A stretch of DNA of 64,000 nucleotides from the NCBI GenBank assembly GCA_013265495.1, contig MU058650.1, forward strand, positions 895,394 through 959,393, read 5' to 3'. The notes under the pieces were generated by a model, which did no database searches, was not told the origin of the DNA, and saw only the letters and a list, made by a program, of their open reading frames with translations. Each line of letters starts with the position of its first letter. The stretch's first letter is position 1. The position numbers and the translations under genes were made by a program. This DNA comes from Vicugna vicugna. Lineage: Eukaryota. Of this stretch, positions 13,260 to 25,848 are shown one piece after another.

Positions 13260-13801
13260 TAAAACAGAGCAGGATCCTGTAGTCCTCCCAGGCACAAAAG
13301 CCTTTCCATGTGCTGTTTCTTATTTGCAGGAAAAAGCCCTCAGCCTCCTAGACTTTCCTGAATACCAAGGAGCAGATTCAAACAGTTGCTAATCAGGGAA
13401 GTGAGGGAATGCAGAAACACCGGAGGAGCACTCAAGAAACAGTGCAGCGATTAAAGCAGGATCCATTGTACTTAACAGTATCTTTGAGTTCTGGAGGAAC
13501 TAAAGCCCCAACCCAGGTGGAGGATGCTAACTTCAGGCTGAGCAGAAGATTCCTGGAGCACCGCCCTATTACCTCACCACCAACCAATCAGAAGAAAGTC
13601 ACACACCCTGCAGCCCTCACCCCAAATTTTGCCTATAAAAACTTCTCCCTGAAAACCATCAGGGAGTTCGAGTTTTTTGAGCAAAAGCCACCTATTCTCC
13701 TTGCTTGGCCCTGCAGTATACCTTTCTCTCTTTCGAACGCCAATGTTTCGGTATGTTTGGCCTCACTGTGCATTGGGTACATGAACTTTTGTTTAGTAAC
13801 A
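13260..13801 (+). mobile_element. ERV solo LTR, family B
   Basis: Flanked by 4-bp TSD gaag/gaag, ends gtaaca, contains a TATA box (cctataaaa). Homologous to the copies at 32467 and 35665. Confidence 0.87.
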
Positions 13802-13804
13802 GAA

Positions 13805-13830
13805 GTGTGTGTGTGTGTGTGTGTGTGTGT
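13805..13830. repeat. (TG)n microsatellite
   Basis: Seen directly in the sequence. Confidence 0.95.
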
Positions 13831-14419
13831 ACATATACTTATATAACATTTAATCACTGCCCATCAGATAATAAAAAGGCTTTGTAAATAAGGTCTACTA
13901 AATAAAAAATGTTTCATAGCAAATAATCAAAATACTTTATTACGGAGATAAAGTTAGGAACAGAAGATAGAAGACTGCATTCGGGTACAAAAGATTTAGG
14001 TTTCTATTCAGTACCTCACCCAGTGGACAGATCACAACCTCTCAGAACCTTAGCTTTCTCACCTATCTCAGACAGATGTCTAGGGAATTAACTATAATAA
14101 CGAATCTAAGAATGCTTTGTAAACTGTAAATAGTTGCAGTCTTCTTGTCAACACAGAACCACAACTTCCTCTAGTTCAACCAACACAATCCATGGAAATT
14201 CAAACTAAACTAGGTTATGTCCCAAAATAGAAAGTGAGCAGGTCCTGTCATAGGTATATTTAACATAGATTGTAACATATTATGGAACAATTACAGCTTT
14301 CTTCTCTGAGCAATTATTAACAAATATTACTACACACTATTATTACTACACAGTATTATTAAAACACACTAACATGCCAATACATTTACATTCAAATGAC
14401 AATAATAGTTTTAGGTCAC

Positions 14420-14548
14420 CTGAGTGGCATAGGATACTGTCTCAATGCCTTCATGTCTCAGCAAAGTATGCCTGGCCTTCATCTGTTTCCTTAAGAACTT
14501 CTTCTCAGTTTTACTGCGTTTGTAATTACTCTGGTGGTGGCTATCCAT
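14420..14548 (-). CDS. ALKBH8: ALKBH8 first canonical coding exon (CDS 129 nt; exon 14420-14555)
   Basis: Translates [43 protein letters not shown]. Acceptor TTTTCTCCAG|GATTACCATGG gives a strong Kozak context; donor CAG|GTGACC. Confidence 0.97.
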
Positions 14549-15010
14549 GGTAATCCTGGAGAAAACAAACAGACAAACAAAAACCACTACAAAAGTCAAC
14601 CTTAAAAGTCCTGAAGGGTCAATTATAAGAATGCTATTTATATATTTTATAGTTTATAAATGTTTCTATGTGTAAAAGCCTTTTTAAAGGCTTACTATAC
14701 TTTTCACCCACCAAGAGAACAAACAGATGCAGGGACAATAAAGAAATATTTAAAAGGTAACAAAAAGGAAAGAACACCTCATAGCGTCTCTGGAAGGTTC
14801 TACAGAACACTCCAATGCTTTAGCACTACTAAGTAAGCTATTTTTCCCATACGGGATCCCTTTACGAAGCCCTAGGTAAAATGTGCCACAGACAAATTTC
14901 ACAACATAATGTTAGGAAAGAAAAAAAAAAGAAGAAATGGACAAAATTCTCAGAAGAATATGGAGTATGATTCAATTATAAAAAGTTCAAAATCCAAAAG
15001 TAAGCTGTAT

Positions 15011-15630
15011 TGAGACAGGAGGGAAAGCGGCAGGACACAAACAAACGCTAAACAAACGAAGAAGGGGCACAGCTGTTGGGACGAGGTAAAGACCAGCTGG
15101 AACCAGCTGGAACCAAGGTGGCTTTGAGAATAGTCTGGTCATTGACCTTTAGCTCATTATACCTTCAGTGTAATATTAAAATCACTGTCCCTTACATTAT
15201 GACAGTTCCAAGGTGGAACATAAAAGGCCAAAAAGTGAGCAATGGCCCAGTTCCTGGAAAGCCCCCACCCTTCCCTAAACAGCAAGAACAGTCCTTCCAT
15301 TCGTAGCCTATGAAATTATTTAACTCATAAAAACCTACAACCAAACCCCCCATGCCCCAGGGCCGCTCTCACCTTCTGAGCCAGTCCACATTCTGCCCAT
15401 GGAGTGCGTATCTCTCTCTAAATAACTTGTTTTCCCTTGTCTACTGTTTGCTTTTGCAATTTAAAAGAATTTTTTTTTTTAACTGAGGTACAGTCAATTA
15501 CAATGTGTCAATTTCTGGTATGGCTCGCTTCTGGATTCTTTTCCTGTGGGAAGCCAAGAACCCTCACTTGGTGGTCAATCCTAAGAATTTCTGCAGGTCC
15601 CAGGACGTGACATTTCCCTCTCCTGCAACA
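15011..15630 (+). mobile_element. ERV solo LTR, family A, with a tiny L1 3'-tail insert (about 15455-15519)
   Basis: tgagacaggaggg...tcctgcaaca termini, near-TSD gtat/atat. The poly-T plus aactgaggtacagtcaattacaatgtgtcaatttctggt insert is absent from sibling LTRs. Confidence 0.85.
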
Positions 15631-16489
15631 ATATGTTGTTTACAAATACATACACACAGCACAATGCAAAGAGAAGCAAAGAAATGATAAACACACAGAT
15701 CAGGAGAGAAGTTGTTTCTGGGGGGAGGAGGAACTGTGATATGAAAGGGACACACAGAAGCATCAGAAGTATTTGCTACGGGAAGTAGTGGTTTAGGTGT
15801 GTATTTTTTTTAAGCTATACACGTGATATATTTTTATATCTATAATTTTTAGAACAGCAGATGTAAGAACCCCATAGAATGGTTTTCGTTTTTTTTAAAT
15901 ATGTCAATGAGCAAGTAGTTACTGAGTGCCTTCCCAAAGAGGCCGTCTTTATATTATCCAAATCAGCACCCTGCATCATACTTTATTACAGAAGCCTATT
16001 TTATTTTGTTCGCAGAATTAAACACAATTTGTGATGATTCATTTGTTGGCCTAATTCCTCCTTCAGGAACTCCAAGAGAGCAGGAATGCCAGCACACAGT
16101 AGGTGCTCAACAAAAATTTGTTGGAGGGACAAAGAAATGATAATGGGTGGACACACACATGGCTGTTTACGGTCTCTGCACTCTACAGCATACAAATACA
16201 ATACACACTTTATGCTTTCAACAAGTTTTCAAATTAGTTGAGAAAACAAACACTAAACAATGAAAGAATATGACACATCTTTAGACAACTGTTAATGGTA
16301 CAGTCTTTAGATGTGATATAAATCAGAGACAAAAAAGGTAAGATCGATGCTGACTGGAAAAGTTTGAGAGAACTTCAAAACAGAAAAGAACTTGAGCTGA
16401 GTACCAAAGAAGAGGACAGAGTCCTAAGGAAGGGAGGGTACCCAGTGAGGCAACAAATAAAGAGCAGAAGCTAAAAATGAAAATGGATA

Positions 16490-17096
16490 TGATACAGGAA
16501 AAATGGGGTGTAAGAAGGTGGCTGTGTCCCAGGTCTCAGCTGAGTCCCTGGGATGCACCCCGCCAAGTGAGGGTCCTTGGCTTCACACAGGAAATAACTC
16601 AAGAGCGAGCCACAGTTGAGTAAAAGCAGGTTTATTCAGAGAGATGCACACTCCATAGACCAAGTGTAGGCCATCTCAGAAGGCCGGAGAGGCCATGAGG
16701 GATAGGGGTGGGTATTTAAAGCAAAAGTAGATACACACTCCACAGACAGAGTGTGGGCCATCTCAGAAGGCACAAGAAAAGGCACAAGATGCAGGACTGT
16801 TAGTTTTTACAGGCTCAGTAACTTCATATGCTAACAAGTGGGAAGATTATTCCAACTATTTTGGGGAAGGGGCTGGGATTCCCAGGGACTGGGCCACCGC
16901 CCAGCTTTTGATCTTTTATGGTCAGCCTCGGAACTGTCATGGCGCCTGTGAAAGTGCCATTCACCATGGTAATATATTACAGTGAGCATATAATAAAGCT
17001 CAAGGTCTACTGGAAGTCAAATCTTCCGCCGCCCTGGTGCTAACTGCTGTGTCATTCCTTTAATGATTGTGCCCTGCTCCCTTCCCTCCTGTCTCA
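16490..17096 (-). mobile_element. ERV solo LTR, family A (sense to ALKBH8, intron 1)
   Basis: Reverse complement of family A (…cccttccctcctgtctca at the right end), near-TSD gata/gatg, minus-strand AATAAA at 16631-16636. Confidence 0.88.
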
Positions 17097-18099
17097 GATG
17101 TGTCACGCAAGGACAGTAAGAAGCAGACGTAATTTTCTAGAGCAGAGAATGTCGGAGGATCCACTGATCCTACTCTTCCCCACGTGAAAGTCTTCAAAAC
17201 TCAGCAAACAAAAAACATTTAAGAAGTTAAACATATTCTAAAACAGCTCTTAAACAGTCAAAATTCTAACTATTGATCTTTATTTGTAAAAGAAAAATGC
17301 TGAGACTATTGAAAGAATGGCCAGTAATCCAGCTTAACTAATATATGGGCCACATGTGATAGAAAGTAAGGCCAGTAAAACAGGCTGGCTGGACAGCACA
17401 ACAGGCAAGTGAGAGGCAAACGGACTTGTAATAATCCAGTTTAGCAAGTAGAAATGCTGGCCTGATCTTGGGTGAGGGCTGCAGGAAGAAAGGAAACAGG
17501 GAAAGAGGGGAAGAGGGCAAAAGGAAAGTTCAGGTATAATCAACAGGCCTTGATGACTACTCAGATATGAGGGAGAGAAGAATCAGAGCTCATAAAAAGG
17601 ACAGAGCCTGAGTGACTGAGAGGCTAGCGACGTCATTCTGAAACTAGAACGTCAGAAGGTCAGGAAGAGTTGCTCAGGAAGGGAAGTGATGAGTCAGACT
17701 TAGGATACAACATGTGTGAAGTACCGGTAAGATACACAGTCGCTTTGGCTGGCTGGCAGGTGAAAATATAAAACAGCAAAAGGAGAAGGAATGAGGTTAG
17801 AGGGAAAGCTCTGGGAGTCATCACTGGACGGGAAGGAGAAAGTTGAATATGTTTTTAACATTGCACTAATTATAGTTATTTGTTCTAATGCTTGTCCCCT
17901 TCCACTGGACTATGAGCTCTTTGATGACAGGAATTAAACCGTATCTTTGTTTCCCCAGAACCTCCATCAGTGCTCTGAGTCCAGGTTCTAGGTTCAAATC
18001 TCAGCTCTACTACTATTTACTACCTATATGACCGTGAGTGAGTTACTTACTTATTTCTGTGCTTAGGTTTCTTCACCTGAAAAATAGGACTAATAATGC

Positions 18100-18840
18100 C
18101 TCTTCTTGGCACATAACTCCATCCAAACCCTGTGCTAAAACACTTTACCAAACTCTAGCCTGGCTTACAGCAGCACAAAGCCATGTCCTAGGATGACCCC
18201 AGCTCCCCATTAAAATGCCAGCCTGAGAAAACTTAAAATACTGCCAGGAAACTTAACTATTTGTTCTAACAACTACTAACAATAGGCCCCTGACCTCCCT
18301 TTCTTAAAGCACTTGACTAAAAATGGCTTACAGAGGGGAAGGGTATATACAGCTCAGTGGTACAGCACATGCTTAGCATGTATCAGGTCTTGGGTTCAAT
18401 CCCCAGTACCTCCATTAAATAAATAAATGAACCTTATTCCTCCTCCCTCCAAAAAAAATAATAAAAATGGCTTACAATTGTGAATATGTATCTCTTGCCA
18501 CTCAGCACTGTCTTTCTCAAGGACCTGAGAGCCATGCCTTTGAAATATAATCGGAAAGCACAGCACCTGTCTCTCAGTCTCTGTAGCAGGATGGAATCCT
18601 AACGTTGATAACTGCCAGCTAGCAAACACAGCTGGTCTGATTGCAACTCTTTATAATTTTTTACTTCTACTGAGCAGCACCCCCCACATCATCCCCTCTA
18701 ACTCATTCGCAATTTAAAACACTGAAATCACTTCTGTATAAATCTGAACGGAGCTTAGCTCTTTCCCCTACTGTCAGCATTACCAAATAAAAGCTGTTTT
18801 CACTGCTTTAATTAATGTCTGGCTGTGTTACTCTTTGACA
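18100..18840 (+). mobile_element. Older ERV1 LTR (MER34/MER39-like) interrupted by a SINE
   Basis: Motifs ctttgaaatataatc, cagtctctgtagcaggatggaatcctaac, aataaaagctg... and the end ctctttgaca resemble the recalled MER34 group. Left boundary approximate. Confidence 0.6.
18333..18461 (+). mobile_element. Vic-1-type camelid tRNA-derived SINE
   Basis: A box (agctcagtggt), B box (ggttcaatccc), A-rich tail and a perfect 15-bp TSD taaaaatggcttaca (18318-18332 and 18462-18476). Confidence 0.93.
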
Positions 18841-19132
18841 CCGTTTAACTTTGTTAAAAGGTTTAATATATCTATTACTAAATTACTGTTAATTTCCAGA
18901 AGAGCCAGATGAGAATGGTTTAAGAAGACAAAGAAAAACTGAGGGGCCTCAAAGGAATTATCTTATTGCCATTCCAAGATCATCCTGTTTGTAGTATGCA
19001 ATGGAGAACAAGGGATGAATCTACTAAGAATTTTTTTCTTAGTATGTCACATGAGCAAAGATTGCAAAGTGGAAGAAATGAGAAAGAACACATGCTGAAC
19101 ACACTATTTTAGAAGTCTGACAGAGTCCAGCG

Positions 19133-19146
19133 CCAGCAGATGGAGC
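19133..19146 (+). promoter_or_regulatory. Candidate CTCF site
   Basis: CCAGCAGATGGAGC resembles the CTCF core. Motif only. Confidence 0.4.
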
Positions 19147-20855
19147 CTCATAATCACATTTGTGTCATTTCCTTTCCCTTCCCTCGCAAGATTACTACAA
19201 GGGAAGAAGGACAAGTCTGAGTCACCGCAACAAGGCATAGGCTGATACCAGCTGCTGAGGTCTGGAGGTGCCCCTCTAACAAGGCCACTTCTCTGGCCAA
19301 GGAATTTCCACTACCGCACAAAGGCTTGGGTGCTCCTTGCCATGTGACGGGAGTGTTAAGGAATGTTACACAGGAGCAAGGTCACTCACTATTAGAATGC
19401 TAGCTGAGCTGAGTCCAGCCTAAGCACACTCTCCACAGGGTAATAAGAGTTTAGAGATCACATCTGCTCTGCTAGTAAGTTTAACCCCAATATAACCTGT
19501 TGGATATTGCCCTGTATGGGAATAGCAATATGTGTGTCCATGCTCTCCTTGAATAACAGCCTTTAATGAACCAAGCAGTATAGACAAATGTCCCTGTGCT
19601 TGTGCATTAATTAATTAATACCAAAGATCGGAAACAAATTAAATTCCTGTCAAACAAGGTCTGACTTTAACGCACAGTACAAGATACAAACAAATTTCTA
19701 GGACATACAAGAAATTAGTGATATGGGTTGCCTCCAGGAAGGGAAAGTGGGTAGACTGGTACAGAAATGAGAAAAGCAAAAGCTCCTCTCTTATAACTTC
19801 TGAGTTTAGTAGCTATTCAAATTACATTACCTATTTAAAAAGAAAATTAAAAGTTTAAATGATTAGAAAATATTGACCCCATCACTTGTCATATTACCTC
19901 ATTTTAATTCTTTGAAGAACACCTACTCTAGTTTCTAATGCCCTCATTAAGGTGTTTGCTGTCTTCCTCCTTTAATAACTAGAAAGCAAGCTCTAGGAAA
20001 GTAGAGATTTTTGTCTGCATGATTCACCCTGCAGCACTCAGCACCTAGCAGTCACTCCATAAACGCTTACTGAGTAAGCCTAACCTTACTAAACTTGCCA
20101 TCTTCCCTCCGAAATCTCTTCTCCAGAATTCTGAATTTGGTGGCCCTCTTCAATCTTTTCATTAATATCTGATGTGTATCTCTATCTCTGCAATTTTCCC
20201 ACTGTATTATAATTACTCGTTTGTGTGCTGGGCTCACCCAGAAGGCTGTCACCTACTTGAGGGCACAGAACTTGAGTGCCTGGCATTCAGCAGTTTTCAG
20301 TAAATATTTCTTAAATGAAATCAACCAAAACCAGAGACTCCCACTACCAGAGGTCGAGAGGTATCGGTGATTACTCAAAAAAGAGCATGGTAAGACTCAG
20401 TTTTGTGAGCTACCAGGTCGCCAGCAACACCCTTTCTTCAGTGGATTGACACGGGTCAGAAAAACCTGTGAATTCAACACCGCGGACTAACACTCCCCAG
20501 GTCTTCCACCGCCAAAGAAGCAGAAGACTGGCAGACACCACACGAGCCCCCGCACCAAACACAAACACAGGCCTCAGCCTGTGACCGGGCCATCCCACGC
20601 ACCGACACGCGACTGCCCACGGGCCACACCTCCCCTCCCCGGCGAGGTCCCAAGCCCACGAGGCAGACGGAGGAGCCGGGAAGAGGCCAACAAGAGAAAG
20701 CGGCGATTTGCAGTCATCATGCCCGCCAATAAGAAGCGCCACAAACCTCCGCCTTGGCTCAGGCTGGGTTCTCCCCACGCGGGCGCTCTCTCCTTCGCCA
20801 GCCTCTCCCGCTCTATCCCAGAAAAGCGGCGGTGGGTACTCGCACGTCCACTCAC

Positions 20856-20890
20856 CTGGGCGCAGCCATGCTGGAGGAAACTGCACTACA
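20856..20890 (-). other. ALKBH8: Candidate ALKBH8 exon 1 (3' end at 20856; TSS unknown)
   Basis: Strong minus-strand donor CCCAG|GTGAGT at 20856/20855 inside the CpG island. Contains AGCATGG with the ATG at 20869-20867. Confidence 0.65.
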
Positions 20891-20903
20891 TTTCCCATGA
20901 GTC
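20885..20903 (+). promoter_or_regulatory. ZNF143/THAP11 (ACTACAnnTCCCA) motif
   Basis: ACTACATTTCCCATGAGTC, with a second SBS-like CTCCCACAATCCCC at about 20923-20936. Confidence 0.75.
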
Positions 20904-21845
20904 TGCGGAGCGACGAACGGTGCTCCCACAATCCCCTTCGCCTCGCACAGCGCTGTGAAGACTATTCCTCCGCCTGGAGTCTTTGAGCAGCAACGGGCTC
21001 TCCGATACAGCGAAAATTCGGTTGTCTTTTGGGGAGTGCAATTTATTTGGGGAAGCTCCGCGAATGGACACGGTCCCTTGGTCCCTGAGTAATGCCCCCC
21101 TCCCCCTTGGGTTTTGTACATCATTCCTTCTGAGTCGGTATTAGAGGAACGGGATAGGACCCTGGATTCTGAAAGATGACGTCGCATGGACAAGAGGGAA
21201 ATGAATATGCATGAACGTGCCAGGGGGACGGTGAATACCGGAGTGACAGATGTGCGGAATACTGTTAAGGGAGGCAGGACAGAAACGATGGGCTGTGCCG
21301 TATGACAGACGATTACCCAATTCTGTTCTGTAGGCCTAGGGGCCTTTAGGTGGTTCACTACCCTTTGAAATGTTGAAGACCTTAGTTCCTCTTGCTTATG
21401 CCAGCAGGATTCGTCTCATGGGCTATAGTTTGGTGACCCCTGGACCCCCTTCATGGACTCTGTAATTCTTTGAATAGTCTCATGATGAAGCTAAGATTGG
21501 CAACACCACTGAAGACATTTATTATGAATTGCAGTATGATGAATTTAATCAGATTAGCCAACACTACATTTTAAAGTGTTGAAGAGTAAAGCTCTGTCCC
21601 ACAACAGAGTTCCCGAAATTAGGGCTGGGAGCAGCATGTCACTTAAAATCGCTTTTGGTTGCCAGTCACAGAAAACTGAACTGACTGATTATAAACAAAT
21701 AGTTATTTTTCCTCAAATGACAAGCCATCCAGACAAAAGCAATCACTGACATTCGTTCTACTATTCAAAAATGGCATCAGGAGAACCCAGGTGCTTTATA
21801 GTCTTCTGCTCTACCATCCTTGGTGTGTTGACTTTTATCCTCATT

Positions 21846-22040
21846 TTTTTTTTTTAGGTTTTTGTTGTTTGGGTTTTTTTCTTTGGTGGGGGGGATTAGT
21901 TTAATGTATTTGTTATTTTTTAATGGAGATACTGGGAATCGAACCTAGGACCTCTTGCATGCTAAGCAGGTGCTCTACCACTGAGCTGTACCCTCCCTCT
22001 CTTATTTATTTTTTTATTACTCTTTTTTTAATGGAGGTAC
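21846..22040 (-). mobile_element. Vic-1-type SINE plus an adjacent 5'-truncated second copy
   Basis: Full reverse-strand SINE at about 21846-21998 followed by a second tail ending taatggaggtac. The whole unit is flanked by near-TSD ttatcctcatt/ttatgctcatt. Confidence 0.85.
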
Positions 22041-22174
22041 TTATGCTCATTCTTGATGTTTCCTGGTTACAAGGTAGCTGCTGCCACTCCAAACATCTTG
22101 TCCCCCCACTAGTGTCTCTAGCTGCGAAAAAGGAGCAGAATCTCTAACTTTTCACATAGGAAATGAAGCTTCCA

Positions 22175-22572
22175 ATGGAAGCCCTCTTTCTGCTTGAAGA
22201 AGTCAGAAAGTTTCCAAATGTGAAGGATTCACCACACTCTTGCTGCCTCTGAGAAGTAATGATCAATGTGCAAAGACTGGAGAGAGCCTCCTAGGAGCTA
22301 GGGGCAGCCCCCAACTGATAACCAACAGGGAAAGGGGGACCTCAGTCCTGCAACCACAAGGAACTGGATTTTGCCAGCAACCTGAAAAAATGTGGAAGCA
22401 GAACATTCTGATAAGAGCCCAGCCGGTCAACACCTTGATTCTGTTTCTTATGAAATGCAGAGCAGAGAAACCAAGCAAGCCAGCCCAAACGTCTGGCCTA
22501 CAGAACTATGGAATAACAAACAACAAGTTTGTGATAATTTGTTATAGCAGCAATAGAAAACTCTTAAACATA
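22175..22572 (+). mobile_element. MLT1-type MaLR LTR fragment
   Basis: gccagcaacctgaa, ctacagaactatg and gtgataatttgttatagcagcaatagaaaact are hallmark MLT1 3' motifs. Confidence 0.7.
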
Positions 22573-25360
22573 CTTGTACCCCAGACCTAAAGAGGGTAGA
22601 ATTACCATGACTACTGTAGGCTAGTGGGGCTGGCATGAGGCCCATCCCCCCTGAGATGATGAGATCTTGATAGACTACATTCTATCTGGAGAAAAATAAA
22701 ATTTGGGTTTACTAGCAAGAAAAAGCAGGAGAACAGCTATTGGGTAGACAACAGCATTTTCCAAAAGAGCGTTGAACATTTCATCTGGCTGGATTAGCAT
22801 GATGTGGTCTATCTCAAAACCTAAGAGAAAGGGATGCTGGAAGGCTGAGTACACCCATCAACTAATAAGCAGAATAAGGTAGAATGCTAATAGCTGTTGC
22901 ATTTCATTTAAGATTTCTCAATCAGAAAACATTGAAAGTGTTCCCAAAGTCCTTGAAAATGGTTAACTTTTTTATGGTTCCAAAATGTAATACCATTTTA
23001 CTACGGTTTCAAATTCAATTCCTATACTTTCTGAGGTTCCTAATTTCCCTCCCCACTGCCCCACCCAGACCAGTTGTTTTTGTCTACCTTCTGTTTCTTT
23101 CCCTACTCTGTCCCCAGTGGCACGTGTGCTAGTTTGGCTTTTTTTTTTTTCTTCCTATTTTTAGTTTAAAAAAAATACATCTTCATTTCTCAGTCTTTCC
23201 TTTCCAGCTATTCTTCTGCTACTTATTTTATCCCTCCTGGGTAAATGACAAATTTGTATCAAATTTCCTTCCAAACTTTTGTCTTCTCTGCTGCATCCCT
23301 GGCTTGCTGGCTTCTTAAAACTCTATCAAGAAGACATTATGTAAAACCATTTGATGTTCACTGTGACATTTGAAGACTGAATGCATTATTCATGCTACAG
23401 TGATAAAAATTCAATAAAAAGTTCAGTCTTATGTCATATGGTGAAAGTATTCTCATACAGTAATTAGAGGCAAGTCACCAAAAAGGAAAAGAAAAGGGGC
23501 CAGCCTTCCACTTGTATATACAAAACATAAAATTCTATTTGGAGGGTTGATTTTTGGTCAGTTGTGAAACACAAGATGTTAGCTGTAATGTATTGACCAC
23601 CTCCCACCGCCACGTCTCCCCCACAAAATGGTTTGTTCTTGGAACTGAAGACGTGCTTGCTTCACAGAATAACTATTTTTTGGCAACATATTTTTTTTGA
23701 GTAGAAGAGAGTAAAGAGATAACACAACTCAGGGTGCAGGGAAATCTTTAGGGCTCCAGAGGGGTGGGATTCATGGATTTTTAAAAGTTATGATAAAATA
23801 ATTTTTAAATGTTTCTCTTAACTCTCCAAGAAAAGATTTTTCTTAAAAATTTATAAACAATTTATTTTTAAATGTCTAACTGCTTTTATGGCTTTATACT
23901 ACCATTAATCTCTCAAAGACCTCAAAATACAAAGATACTTGCCCAGAGAGGGCAAGTTTCATCATTAACTATCCTGGATCTAAGTCCCATATTTCATATA
24001 ATCTTCATGCTCATTTCTAATCTGGGGAGATTTGTTGGAGCTGATTAGATGGTCTTAGCTTTTACTTACATTATGGCTATAACCTCATACTACAAGCATC
24101 AATTTTGCTGTTTTCTGTTGGCTATTTGTGCTTGAATTACTGTCTTCACCTTCACTGTAGGGAATTTGGAGTTTTCTAACCCACTTTTCCATGTTGCAAA
24201 AATAGTTTTGGGGTTATATAAGCATTTACCAGGCACAAAAATCATGTCCCACTTAAAGGAAAGGAAGGAGAGCTCCAGCGGCAGCTCCCCTTGCTTGCAA
24301 ACTCCCACTCTATTCACTTCTTTTAGAGCATCTGTCAAAGTCTGTGACAGGTGGCAATCCGACATGCAGACCTAATGAAACCTCCAGTATACTAAATGTG
24401 AGTGGAGATGAATTTGCTTTAGACAAACTATCAGTGGAGTTTCCAGCATCTTCTACCAGATAACCTAAGCTGTGCACACTGTACGTTAGAAGCCACCACA
24501 CTCAGGCACGTTTCTCAAAGGTTGGTACTCAGTCCAGCAGCATCAGAATCACCAGAGTAATTGCTAAAAACACAGAGTTCCAGACCCCACTAGACATGAT
24601 AGAGCTCTTTCAAAAATCTGCTCCAGAGTAACAAACTGTCAAGTTTCTAATATATTTTGAATTTTTATTTTAGGCAAAATGTTTTAATTTTATAAGGTAC
24701 AAGGGACCAAGGAACCAGATAATACAGTGCTCAGATAATCATTAAATAATTATTAAAGAACCCATAAAATTATCTCAAAACAATTCTAATTATTGACATC
24801 TCCATATCCCATTTAACAGATGTAGCAACCAAGACGAAAGGACAAACTGTATATGCGATTTAAGCAGGAAATAATTTTTAAGAGTGGTTTACATTCATGT
24901 CAGTGTTCTTACATGAATAAAAGGGCAGTTTTGTAAGTTAAAACATACCTATCTACAGCTACCTTTTAATGAGGTATTAAGTACTACACTTAACATACTT
25001 TATTATTTAACCCTAGCAAAAATGACCCTAGCAGTAAGTTTTATGCCCTTAGTTTTAGAAACGTAGAATCTGAGGCTTAGGGGGGTAAATTAATTTTCCC
25101 TAGATCCCATAATTAGTAACAGAGGCAGGACTTCAACCCAAAGGCCCTCCTCTTTTTCAACTGCAATCATTATGCTCAGGGACACTATTGCAGAGAAACT
25201 GTTTTTGATGTTTTCAAGTCTATCCAAGAGTTATAAGACAAATATAGACAACATAAACATGAAAATGTTTTATTTAAATAGTTGCATCTTCGAAGCAAGA
25301 GCTTGCAAAAATAATTTACACAGCGTAACTTTCAAAACTTCACTAAAGATAGTGTGTCCA

Positions 25361-25848
25361 CCCAATGTTCATAGCAGCACTATACACAATAGCAAAGACA
25401 TGGAAGCAACCTAAATGTTCAGTGACAGATGACTGGATAAAGAAATTGTGGTATATTTATAAAATGGAATACTACTCAGCCATAAAAAAGAATAAAATAA
25501 TGCCATTTGCAGCAACATCTAAAAAACAGAAACAGACTCGCAGACATAGTAAATAATCTTACGGTTACCAGGGGAAAGGGGTGGGAAGAGATAAATTTAG
25601 GAGCTTGAGATTTGCAAATCTTATCCACTATATATAAATATAGATTAAAGAAAATTTTCTTCTGTATAACACAGGGAACTATATTCAATATCTTGTAATA
25701 ACTTCTGATGAAAAAGAATATGAAAACAAATATATGCATATGCATAACTGGGACATTGTGATGTACTCCAGAAATTGATACATTACAATGACTATACTTC
25801 AATAAACAAACAAATGAGTGTTTATTTGTCCTCTCAATTAAAAAAAAA
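25361..25848 (+). mobile_element. 5'-truncated L1 3' end with TSD
   Basis: ORF MFIAALYTIAKTWKQPKCSVTDDWIKKLWYIY (L1 ORF2 end), 3'UTR, poly-A, TSD atagtgtgtcca (25349-25360 and 25849-25860). Confidence 0.92.

Larger units (their letters stand above)
20410..21100 (-). promoter_or_regulatory. ALKBH8: ALKBH8 CpG-island promoter
   Basis: CpG-rich island about 6 kb upstream of the first coding exon in an otherwise CpG-poor region. Confidence 0.88.

Noticed and set aside
20410..21358. ORFs of 173, 168 and 125 aa at the ALKBH8 promoter
   Set aside because: CpG-island artefacts with no recognisable homology. Only the terminal MAAPR segment was kept as a candidate spliced extension.
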